Part shown: positions 19,982 to 28,843 of the stretch, in pieces
Layout of the letters: each line of letters opens with the position of its first letter
How positions within the stretch are numbered: the stretch's first letter is position 1
Source: a virus
Taxonomy: Duplodnaviria > Caudoviricetes
DNA length: 64,000 bases
Virus record (IMG/VR): IMGVR_UViG_3300042268_000478
Coordinates: 32,001 to 96,000 of that record
Strand: one strand, 5' to 3'
Notes under the pieces: generated by a model
What the model was told of the DNA's origin: nothing
Database searches by the model: none
The model's input: only the letters and a program-made list of their open reading frames with translations
Program-made: the position numbers and the translations under genes

Positions 19982-21504
19982 GCATGGCAAAAATTCCATT
20001 TAAATTCAACCCGCTTGGCTGTAAAAATCTGACGGTCAACTCTGCTCGATACGGTACGGCTGGAGTGTTCAACTACCTTTCAAACGGACGTTGCAATCAG
20101 AGCGCGATGCAGATTTCAGGGACGGTTTTGCTGTCTCATCGGGTCTATTCGCAGTATCTGTTTTCAGGCGGCACGGCGACTCAAACCGAGATTAACTATG
20201 GCGCAAGACAGTACGTCAGCGGCGGCACGGCGATCAGCGCGGCGGTCAATTCAAACGGATATCAATATGTTTATTCAGGCGGCGCGACGCAGGAAGCCAA
20301 GGTCAATTACAGCGGACGCAAGATTGTCAGCAACGGCGGCACGGCGGTAAGTGCGCAGGTTGCTTCGCGTGGTTACATGAGCGTTTGTTCAGGCGGTCAA
20401 GCCCACGGCGCAGTAGTCAGTTACGGCGGTTATATCTATTTGAGCAACGGCGCTTACGCGAGCGGAGTTGAGATTAAATCCAACGGTAGCGTGTACCTCA
20501 ACGGCGATTGTGAAGCGATCGACACCATAATTTCAAGCGGTGCGCAGTTTATCGTCAACAACAGCCAGCGGGCAAATGGCGTAAATGTTCAGAGCCAAGG
20601 CAGATTTTATGTATCGTCGGGCGGTACTGCTTTGAATGTCAGTGCGCAACCCAACTCCTACATTATCGCCGGAATTTACGGCTATGATGAACGGACGGTA
20701 GTCGATGGTTCGCACGAATCCGGCGCATTCAGCTTGAGCGATGGGGTTGCAAATAACTGGCTGATTTACGGCGACCGCCAGTATGTCTATTACGGTGGGA
20801 CGGCAATTTCAACCACGCTTCATTCGGGCGGCTCGCAGGTGGTTTCATTCGGCGGCGTTGCCAGCGATACCATCGCCAATTCCTACGGCAGATTATATGT
20901 CTACAGCTCGGGAACGGCGAAAAATCCAATCGTTAGTTCGGGCGGTTACATGGAACTTCAGCAAGGCGGCATCGGCGAAAATATCACGCTTGAAAGCTAT
21001 GCGTCGATGGGAGTTTATCAATTTTCGTTCGCTTCCGGCACGGTGATGTCCAGCCGCTCGTATCAGTATGTTTCGCTTGGAGCGTCATCGGTTGATGCAG
21101 TGATTATGTCGGGTGCGACCCAGTTTATTTCACAGGCATCTTATGCCAGCGGCACGGTGATTTCAAGCGGCGGTTATCAGGTGCTGTCTTACGGTGGGCA
21201 AGCCTACGACACAGTAATCTCGCCGGGCGGTCAGCAACGGATTTCGCACTACTGCACCGCAGGAGGATTGTCGGTATGTTCAGGCGGTCGCGGCTATTGC
21301 TACAGCCAAAGCGTCGCCAACTCCGTGACCATCGACGAGGGCGGCTACTATGACCTTGGTGCACACTGCAAAGGCTCGATTTATCACGTCGCTTTGGGAG
21401 GGACATTGAACGTCGGCAACAATGCCAGTGCTTTGGCGGTGACATCCGAAGCTGGAGCAGTAGTCAACAGCGGAACAAGTTCATTTATCGAATACACAAC
21501 ATAA
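19978..21504 (+). CDS. AIDA-repeat (autotransporter passenger-like beta-helix) protein without signal peptide or beta-barrel
   Basis: Many ~19-aa repeats such as 'QYVYSGGATQEAKVNYSGR' and 'QVVSFGGVASDTIANSYGR'. Confidence 0.85.
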   Translation: MSMAKIPFKFNPLGCKNLTVNSARYGTAGVFNYLSNGRCNQSAMQISGTVLLSHRVYSQYLFSGGTATQTEINYGARQYVSGGTAISAAVNSNGYQYVYSGGATQEAKVNYSGRKIVSNGGTAVSAQVASRGYMSVCSGGQAHGAVVSYGGYIYLSNGAYASGVEIKSNGSVYLNGDCEAIDTIISSGAQFIVNNSQRANGVNVQSQGRFYVSSGGTALNVSAQPNSYIIAGIYGYDERTVVDGSHESGAFSLSDGVANNWLIYGDRQYVYYGGTAISTTLHSGGSQVVSFGGVASDTIANSYGRLYVYSSGTAKNPIVSSGGYMELQQGGIGENITLESYASMGVYQFSFASGTVMSSRSYQYVSLGASSVDAVIMSGATQFISQASYASGTVISSGGYQVLSYGGQAYDTVISPGGQQRISHYCTAGGLSVCSGGRGYCYSQSVANSVTIDEGGYYDLGAHCKGSIYHVALGGTLNVGNNASALAVTSEAGAVVNSGTSSFIEYTT

Positions 21505-21512
21505 GGACAAAA

Positions 21513-22748
21513 ATGCAAAATCTAACCATAAAATGCGGTGCGCAGCCAAGCGCACCAGAGGTACGACAGCCTCCAGTCTTTGCGCCGCCGCCTGAACAGC
21601 TCACGCAAGAAGCGGTTGAGGAAATCAGATTTGATTATAATGACGGCGTGAGGGTTTCGTTTCCCAAATCGGGCAAGTACCGCTGTATGCTGACTGATAT
21701 GGACAGCGGGGCGGTAGTCTATAACATGGACGTTGAACCGGGGGTAACCGTTGCGAGTGTGAAGAAGTTTTTTGTGCCGTACAGAATCGATATTTTTGGA
21801 ACTAAATCCAAGAAAAACGTGTTTTTTCACGACTTTAATCCGAAAAACAGAGATGTGCTGGTGCAAATCCCAATCGGGACGCTCGGCGACACTATTGCCT
21901 GGTTTTCCTACGTCGAGCGTTTTCAGCAAAAACATCAATGCCGATTACATGTGTCGATGGCTCCTTGGATTGCGGAGATTTTCAAGACTCAATATCCCGA
22001 TATTCACTTCATTACGATGGATGAGGCTGCAAAACTCAAGCCGTATGCAACCATCAATCTCGGGCTGTTTTTTCAGGACAACACAGATAATCAGCCGGTT
22101 GATTTTCGTCAGGCAGGCTTGCATAAAACCGCCGGGTGCATTCTCGGGCTGGATGACCTATCAGAAGTACCACCAAGGGTGGATTTGTCAGCGCTACGCT
22201 CAATCAAAGAGCCGTATGTGGTGATAGCGACGCAAGCAAGCAGTCAGGCAAAATACTGGAACAACCCCAACGGCTGGCACGAGGTCATCGCTTATCTGAA
22301 ATCTAAAGGCTACCGGGTGCTGTGCATCGACAAAAATCGAGTCTGCGGCGCCGGTGTGGTGTGGAATCATATTCCGCATGGGGCTGAGGACTTTACAGGC
22401 GATTTGCCGTTGCAGAAGCGCATTAATCTTATCAAAGATGCCGACATGTTCATCGGCTTGAGTTCGGGATTGAGCTGGTTGGCGTGGTGCTGCAAAGTTC
22501 CGGTACTGCTCATCAGCGGATTTACCGCCGAAAACAACGAATTTCACACGCCGTACCGGGTAATAAACCATCGTGTCTGCCATTCCTGCTGGAACGATAT
22601 GCGCTGCGATTTCGACCACTTCGACTTTCTGTGGTGTCCGCGCCACAAGAACACCGAACGGCAATTCGAATGCACAAAATTCATCACGCCGAAAATGGTA
22701 ATCGATAAAATTAAAATCATCAAACACGGAGGCAAATCATGCAAATAG
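21513..22748 (+). CDS. Autotransporter O-heptosyltransferase (AAH/TibC family)
   Basis: 'IRFDYNDGVRV', 'VASVKKFFV', 'GTLGDTIAWF', 'QASSQAKYWNNPNGW', 'FIGLSSGLSWLAW', iron-finger Cys set 'CHSCWND...WCPRH...FEC'. Confidence 0.93.
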   Translation: MQNLTIKCGAQPSAPEVRQPPVFAPPPEQLTQEAVEEIRFDYNDGVRVSFPKSGKYRCMLTDMDSGAVVYNMDVEPGVTVASVKKFFVPYRIDIFGTKSKKNVFFHDFNPKNRDVLVQIPIGTLGDTIAWFSYVERFQQKHQCRLHVSMAPWIAEIFKTQYPDIHFITMDEAAKLKPYATINLGLFFQDNTDNQPVDFRQAGLHKTAGCILGLDDLSEVPPRVDLSALRSIKEPYVVIATQASSQAKYWNNPNGWHEVIAYLKSKGYRVLCIDKNRVCGAGVVWNHIPHGAEDFTGDLPLQKRINLIKDADMFIGLSSGLSWLAWCCKVPVLLISGFTAENNEFHTPYRVINHRVCHSCWNDMRCDFDHFDFLWCPRHKNTERQFECTKFITPKMVIDKIKIIKHGGKSCK

Positions 22749-22981
22749 ATCAGTACGGCTTTGAGGCGAGAAGCATGTTTTTTCAACGCAAACAACTCCA
22801 GCCTTACCGGGTTGTGGAGACCGCGTCGGCAACTTTTATGTGTTTCGGCGACGAACCGCAACGCCCGATTCACCGCATCACGAAAAACGGCACGGAGACC
22901 GTTGTTGAGTGGGCGTTCGGGGCGTGGAACGACAAAGAAACCCTTGCTTATGTGCCAATCAATCAAACCTTGGAGGTGTAG
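22739..22981 (+). CDS. Hypothetical protein
   Basis: RBS GGAGG; in-operon. Confidence 0.6.
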   Translation: MQIDQYGFEARSMFFQRKQLQPYRVVETASATFMCFGDEPQRPIHRITKNGTETVVEWAFGAWNDKETLAYVPINQTLEV

Positions 22982-22984
22982 AAT

Positions 22985-23473
22985 ATGGACACAAAATTCG
23001 ATTCTTTGCTTGGGCAGATGCGCGAATCCGACGGTTCAGGCGGCGAAATTAACTACACCATCAACGGTCAGGAGCCAGACGAAAGCGGTAATTTTGCCGT
23101 TACGGCCGCCGGGGTCGGTGCGGCTGAGGATGTTCATGCTCACATTATCGCTGACGTTACCGGTCTGCAAAGTGCTTTGGACGACAAATCTGATGCCGAA
23201 CACAGTCACGAGCTTGTTGGCTCGGTGGCGGTTGGCGGCGAAACCGTCAGCGGCGAGATTACTTTGGAGGCGTCGGACAATATTCTGTTATCCGCTTCCG
23301 GTCAGGAAATAACCATCACCGGCGAACCATATGCCGTCACCGTCGCCGCATCGATTCCCGATTCCAATACCAGTAATACCGAACCGGTCAAAATCTTTTC
23401 AGGCACGCAGGCTGACTGGGATGCTTTCACGCCCGAAAGCAACGTCCGTTATGTGGTTTTCATTCATGAATAG
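22985..23473 (+). CDS. Short tail-fibre protein with HxH repeat
   Basis: 'HAHIIADVTGLQSALDDKSDAEHSHE', 'INGQEPDESGN'. Confidence 0.75.
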   Translation: MDTKFDSLLGQMRESDGSGGEINYTINGQEPDESGNFAVTAAGVGAAEDVHAHIIADVTGLQSALDDKSDAEHSHELVGSVAVGGETVSGEITLEASDNILLSASGQEITITGEPYAVTVAASIPDSNTSNTEPVKIFSGTQADWDAFTPESNVRYVVFIHE

Positions 23474-23479
23474 GGAGGC

Positions 23480-23914
23480 GTGATGCTTTACACAATAAAC
23501 AATATTTACCCGGATATGAATTTCGCCTTTACCTTGACCGCGGGGACTTTGGGACTGGCTCCGCTGGCGCATACTCACGGCATTGGCGATATAAGCCAGC
23601 TTGCCGACGAACTTAACGGTAAAGCTGATGGCGGGCATCAGCACGAGGCGGTTCCGGCAGTAATCGTCGACCGGGATCGGTTGACTGGGAATATAACTCT
23701 AACCGGCGCTGGTTCAGTCGCCGCAAATAAATCGGGTTCAATTATAACCATCGCTTCAGCCCCGGCTCAATCCGGCAATGTCGCGGCGTTCCGCAACGCC
23801 AATCCGGCAAGACGGCACACCATGCTCAAACTCTTTTTCGGCGACTGCCGCAGCATCGACAGCGATTCAGAAAACTTAATTTTTACGGAGGACAGCAATG
23901 CTCCAGCATCTTGA
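23480..23914 (+). CDS. Short tail-fibre protein, paralog of upstream gene
   Basis: 'HTHGIGDISQLADELNGKADGGHQHE'. Confidence 0.7.
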   Translation: MMLYTINNIYPDMNFAFTLTAGTLGLAPLAHTHGIGDISQLADELNGKADGGHQHEAVPAVIVDRDRLTGNITLTGAGSVAANKSGSIITIASAPAQSGNVAAFRNANPARRHTMLKLFFGDCRSIDSDSENLIFTEDSNAPAS

Positions 23915-26900
23915 CAAACAGCGGGGAACAGGTATAAAAAATCTCTTGCTCGCTAACGACGCCAATGAAACCACGGTAAAAAAAGTGCTTTCATACACTT
24001 CTGCCGAAGGCGAAAAACAGCTCTGGCCAAACGCGCCGACGCATCTGCGTATTGAGTCAAATTACGATGACTCGACCGCCGTCAGAATCGAAAACGGCAA
24101 AATCTATGGTCATCCGGTAATTGATCCGGGCAGCGACCTTTACAAGCCGTTGGAAATCACCGTCACGCCGTTCCCCATAAATTCCGCATGGACGCTGGAA
24201 GCGGAGAATTTCGACCTTGGGCAACACGCCGGTAAAATGTTCCACGGTAAACAAACCGTCACTTTTGATGTGTCTGTACCGTCCGTCGTCGGGCATTTTC
24301 TGCACCGGATCAGCGCCGTGCCGAACGCCGGTGAAGCAGAACGAGCCGTTTTCAGTTTCTGGAGCGTGAAGTTTTCCGAATCCGCACTGATCCCTAAACA
24401 CTGGTGGAGTTTTGATGACGAAACCCTTGCAGACCAGGTTGGAAACATGCCGCTGGTCAAGGAGACCACCGAGGGGACGACCACCTACACCGACGGAGTA
24501 AGGCGCAAGGCGTTGCAGGCTATTTACGTCAACGGCGCGACTGAACCAAACACCTACCGGGCTACAGTCAATCCATCCATGGCAAACGGCTTGAGCCTCA
24601 GCATGTTCGGGCAAATCAACCGGGGCGGCAGTTTTGGTTTTGTTGATTTAAATGATTACAACGCCACCAACGGCAATCATTTCGCCTTTAACTGGTATTA
24701 TCGGCAACCGATTAATCTGCTTCTGGACGGATACGGCACCACGACACCGGAATCAACCGCATATGACCGCCTTGAACAAGGCGAATGGCATCATCTGGCG
24801 TTGACCATGTCGCCGCAAATTGATTTGGCTAATCATCCCGATATTGAGGTTGACTACAGCGAAAACCAGTACGGCACAATTCGCTATGCCTCGCCGCATG
24901 TTGACTACAGCACAGAATGGGTCTGTGATTATTACAACAATTATTTAACACAGGAGTTTTACCTGGCGAAGTTCTATATTGACGGCGTGCTTCATTCCGA
25001 AAAGCTCATGAGCTTTTGGCCTGGAGGTTTCAATACTCCCGGCAACGGCGTGATAACATTAGATTTCAACAATTCTAATGAACAGGACGGTTATTATCCT
25101 GACCGAGTCGATGAACTTAAAGTCTTTGAACATGAGTTGTCGTTAGCGGAAATCCGCGGCGAATGTTCGTTGATTGGCTTGCAGTTTGAGAGCGACAACC
25201 CGACCGAGGGCGGCGGTGTAACTGTAGAGCCAATCGAACGCTCCGGGCGCAGTCGCGACGGCGAACCACCGGACATTGCCGCCGTGCCGCTGGACTGTCG
25301 ACTCAAGGCGTTTGTGATTGACAATCAGACCATCGCCGTCGGCGGCAACTTCCGCGATTTTTTCCTTGAGCGGCTGGAGACGGAGTTTCCTAACCTTGAC
25401 GCGACCGAGTTCAATTTTCGCAATGGTTTTTCGCACCGCTGGAGCCGGGACTTCAACTACCTCTATAATATGTGGGAGCTGTACCGCGACTATCAGCCGT
25501 TAATTGTTGCGGCGATGGACGATGCAAGCAACTGGTCGGTTGACAACTCACCGGTGACGATGCTCGGGCGCTGGCAGAACTCCACCGGGCTGATGCGCTT
25601 CGGCGACGCTTACGACGGCACGGACGTTGTCACCACCGATTGCGCCGATATTGTTCATTTTGCCTACTTGCGTTTGCCGCAGCCAATGACCGAGGAGAGT
25701 TCACATGCAGTGGATTGGAACGGCAATCAGCTTGATTTTAGCTATTCGCGCGATAAAGCGGCAAGCAGCATCAAGGTGAATCAGGAGGGCTATCTACCCG
25801 AGGCCAGGCGCAAGTACGCCTACTTTGGCACATGGCTCGGAACCGGAGGCGCGTATCAACATTCGTTGAACGATCTGACCTTTCATTTAGTTCCGGTCGG
25901 CTCGACAATTCCGGCGTTCACCGGAACGATGACCAGGCGTAACACCGCTGAAACCCACACGCAGGGCGACGTGACTTTCCAGCTTACCGGCGAGGAAACT
26001 TACGTCTGCGATTTTTCCGCATTTCAAACCGAGGGTGATTATCAAATCCATATCCCGTCGGTCGGCTACAGCCATGTGTTCAAAGTCGGCAAAGCCGCTC
26101 TCGGCAAGGCGTTCTGGACGCATTGCCGGGGCATGTTCCATCAGCGTTCGGGCTGTGATTCGGTGGTCAATCCGTACACAAACTGGGAGTTTCCTGGAGC
26201 GGCACACTACTGGACGTGGGAGTCGAATTTCATCTGCGACGACCAGAGTTACAACAACTGCGCCACGGTCGACGGCACGACCTACGGCGAAATATTCCCG
26301 CAACGGCATTTTTCAATGATTCCGAATAACGTCACCGGCAAACTTTACCGCGATTTGCGCGGCGGCTGGTTCGACGCGGCCGACTTTGACCGCAGGCCCT
26401 ACCACTTCTACTGCGTCCGGGATTTGGTTGAGGCGTATTTGCGCTTTCCGCAGAATTTCACCGACAGCCAGCTTGACCTGCCCGAAAGCGGCGACGGCAT
26501 ACCCGACGTCCTTTCGGAAGCTGAATGGGGCTTGGACGTCTGGCGTCGGGCGCAGAAAACCAACGGTGGCGTGGCCTGCTGGATTGAGGCAGACGGACAC
26601 GAATCAGGCTGGCCGTGGGAGTCGGATAGAAAGTATTACATCGGCATGCCGAACCGTAAGGACTCGTTGGAGTACGCTCAATGCGCTGCCAAGTTTGCCC
26701 GCGCTTTGCGGCTTGCCGGTACTCCGTCGGCATTGGCCAAGGCCGACGTTTACACCGAATCGGCCGTCAGGGCGTTTAACTTCGGTATTAATCCGGTCAA
26801 CGCCGCCACGCTGGAGTTTACTCAAACCAACAGCTCAAACAGTCAGTTTGACTTCAGCTACACCGAAGCGGCGGAGCGCGCCGACTGGCATATCGTTCCC

Positions 26901-27806
26901 GCCGCTGCGGCATTGCTGGCGCTGACCCGCGAGCCGAGGTTCGCCAAACATGTCACCGAATCGGCATGGGACAATTATTTCAGCTCATTGCAAGGCGATG
27001 AGAATAATTTTGCTCAGCGATGCTGTACGGAACTGCTGTTTGATTTGACGGCGAATTTCCCGGACTATTCAAAGGCTCTGCGTGAGTTTATCATCGCCAA
27101 GGCCGACCAGTGGCAAGGCTATCAGGAGCAGCAACCGTATTTCGAGATGAACTGGCCGCCGAACCATCAATTTTACCAGTATGTAAGTTGGGGCGTGGGA
27201 CATCCTGAAAAGCGCGGCAAAGCCTTTATCTACGCATGGCTGGTGACCGGCGACGACTCGTACCGGGACTCGGCGTTGCTGGCGATGGACAACTTTGCTG
27301 GGTGCAACCCGATGGGCAGGAGTTTGACCACCGGGCTTGGGAAAGTGTCGCCGATTCATTTCCTCAACAGTTGGTTGCCTCGGGCTGAAATTGAACTCGG
27401 ATTGCACGAACCGGTGCCGGGCATTACGCCGTATACCTATATCGGCGACGGCGCAGGCAAAAGCACATCGCACGGGTTCTGTTTGTGGAAAGGCGCGAGG
27501 ACGGATTTTGGTTTCGACGAAATGACCCAAAACATCCTGCCCGGTGGCTACAGCCAAACGGTCGCGCCGTCGCGCGGCAACGTCGCCCAGTGGTTGCAAA
27601 TCAACTGGCCGTTGTGGCGGCACGTGTTCGAGCTTGAGGCGTACAATGTCGCCCAAAGCGAATTCACAGTCAGTGAGACCGTCAGCGGTAAAGCCTTTAT
27701 GGCCGGATGCCTGATGGGCAGCGGCGTTACGCCCGATCCGGCATGGAAAACCGCCAGCCCGGCAACCGAAAGATACGAGCCGGAAGGCTTGGTCTATTTA
27801 CCATAA
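23898..27806 (+). CDS. LamG/ConA-like domain + Ig-like + glycoside hydrolase family 9 protein
   Basis: LamG 'HWWSFDD', 'GEWHHLALT', 'VDELKVFEHELS'; GH9 'IKVNQEGYLP', 'DLRGGWFDAAD', 'PESGDGIPDVLSEAEWGL', 'GCNPMGRSLTTGLG'. Confidence 0.85.
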   Translation: MLQHLDKQRGTGIKNLLLANDANETTVKKVLSYTSAEGEKQLWPNAPTHLRIESNYDDSTAVRIENGKIYGHPVIDPGSDLYKPLEITVTPFPINSAWTLEAENFDLGQHAGKMFHGKQTVTFDVSVPSVVGHFLHRISAVPNAGEAERAVFSFWSVKFSESALIPKHWWSFDDETLADQVGNMPLVKETTEGTTTYTDGVRRKALQAIYVNGATEPNTYRATVNPSMANGLSLSMFGQINRGGSFGFVDLNDYNATNGNHFAFNWYYRQPINLLLDGYGTTTPESTAYDRLEQGEWHHLALTMSPQIDLANHPDIEVDYSENQYGTIRYASPHVDYSTEWVCDYYNNYLTQEFYLAKFYIDGVLHSEKLMSFWPGGFNTPGNGVITLDFNNSNEQDGYYPDRVDELKVFEHELSLAEIRGECSLIGLQFESDNPTEGGGVTVEPIERSGRSRDGEPPDIAAVPLDCRLKAFVIDNQTIAVGGNFRDFFLERLETEFPNLDATEFNFRNGFSHRWSRDFNYLYNMWELYRDYQPLIVAAMDDASNWSVDNSPVTMLGRWQNSTGLMRFGDAYDGTDVVTTDCADIVHFAYLRLPQPMTEESSHAVDWNGNQLDFSYSRDKAASSIKVNQEGYLPEARRKYAYFGTWLGTGGAYQHSLNDLTFHLVPVGSTIPAFTGTMTRRNTAETHTQGDVTFQLTGEETYVCDFSAFQTEGDYQIHIPSVGYSHVFKVGKAALGKAFWTHCRGMFHQRSGCDSVVNPYTNWEFPGAAHYWTWESNFICDDQSYNNCATVDGTTYGEIFPQRHFSMIPNNVTGKLYRDLRGGWFDAADFDRRPYHFYCVRDLVEAYLRFPQNFTDSQLDLPESGDGIPDVLSEAEWGLDVWRRAQKTNGGVACWIEADGHESGWPWESDRKYYIGMPNRKDSLEYAQCAAKFARALRLAGTPSALAKADVYTESAVRAFNFGINPVNAATLEFTQTNSSNSQFDFSYTEAAERADWHIVPAAAALLALTREPRFAKHVTESAWDNYFSSLQGDENNFAQRCCTELLFDLTANFPDYSKALREFIIAKADQWQGYQEQQPYFEMNWPPNHQFYQYVSWGVGHPEKRGKAFIYAWLVTGDDSYRDSALLAMDNFAGCNPMGRSLTTGLGKVSPIHFLNSWLPRAEIELGLHEPVPGITPYTYIGDGAGKSTSHGFCLWKGARTDFGFDEMTQNILPGGYSQTVAPSRGNVAQWLQINWPLWRHVFELEAYNVAQSEFTVSETVSGKAFMAGCLMGSGVTPDPAWKTASPATERYEPEGLVYLP

Positions 27807-27828
27807 TAACCAACAAAATGGAGGATTT

Positions 27829-28251
27829 ATGAATCGTTTCCAAGAAATCAAACGGCTCATCGTATTTGCGGATGAACTCCGGCTTGACAACCGTGTGATT
27901 GTCCGCAAGTATCGCAATTATGAGCTTGCGTCAATCTACAACGGCATCGGGCCGGACGCATTCCCCGATTGGCTTCGGGGGTTGATAACCGGACTGCATC
28001 CAACGCTGGCAGTCGTAGCGTTCATCCACGATATAGAGTGGCACGAATCAGACGGATCGGAGGAGAAGTTCACCGAATCCAACCGCCGTTTCAAGGCCAA
28101 CGGCTACAAGGCTGCCAAAGCCTTGCATGGCTGGTGGAACCCGCGGCGCTACCTGGTCATGAATCAGGCACGAAAGTTCGGCAATCTCTGCCAATGGTTC
28201 GGCTGGTTCGGCTGGCTTGAAGCACAAAACAAAACCAATGGAGGAAAGTAA
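27829..28251 (+). CDS. Hypothetical protein, NGxG..HD motif (PLA2/DUF1353-like)
   Basis: 'YNGIGP...FIHDIEW...ESNRRF'; RBS GGAGG. Confidence 0.55.
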   Translation: MNRFQEIKRLIVFADELRLDNRVIVRKYRNYELASIYNGIGPDAFPDWLRGLITGLHPTLAVVAFIHDIEWHESDGSEEKFTESNRRFKANGYKAAKALHGWWNPRRYLVMNQARKFGNLCQWFGWFGWLEAQNKTNGGK

Positions 28252-28253
28252 AC

Positions 28254-28628
28254 ATGTTCAAAATCATCATCACACTTAGTCTTATCATAGTTATCACGGG
28301 ATGTTCCCACAATGTTTCAACTTATTCGGACGGTGTCGGGCTTGAAACCACATTCCGGCCGGATTCGGGCAACTTCGGGATAATCCTGCGCTACGGCAAA
28401 ATTTGGAACCTTGTCGCCCGCGAAAACACCGAAGCCGAAATGACAGGTTCAAATGAACTCGATGCCAAGGGCAATCCGGTAAGTGGCAAAACCGACGGCA
28501 ACGTAAAAATCAAAATCGGCACGCAGACCACCGGCTACGAGCGCGACGTTATCAAACTGCTCAAGGACAACCCCGAGGCAATCAAGGCATTTTACGATTC
28601 AAAGAATCAGGTAAATTCAAAGCCCTAA
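28254..28628 (+). CDS. Lipoprotein
   Basis: Signal 'MFKIIITLSLIIVITG-C' lipobox. Confidence 0.75.
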   Translation: MFKIIITLSLIIVITGCSHNVSTYSDGVGLETTFRPDSGNFGIILRYGKIWNLVARENTEAEMTGSNELDAKGNPVSGKTDGNVKIKIGTQTTGYERDVIKLLKDNPEAIKAFYDSKNQVNSKP

Positions 28629-28634
28629 ATCCCC

Positions 28635-28677
28635 AGTCCCGTCGTGAGCAAATCCAGTCATTGCGGGACTATTTTTT
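28635..28677 (+). terminator. Terminator ending the morphogenesis operon
   Basis: AGTCCCG...CGGGACT stem then T run. Confidence 0.55.
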
Positions 28678-28843
28678 GCCCTCAGCCGTGAAATTAAAGA
28701 TACTAAAATTTATATGCAAGAAATAGCGATAATAGATGCTGTTTGAGCTTGAAACGAGTGGCTATTACCCTTGTTCACGCTAATGTAGCTACAGTACAAG
28801 GTACGATAAGCGAACCTCAAAAAAAACAAAAACGGAGAACAGC

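Noticed and set aside
19978-21504. Classical autotransporter or diversity-generating retroelement target
   Set aside because: No signal peptide or beta-barrel; no reverse transcriptase or TR/VR pair seen in the window.
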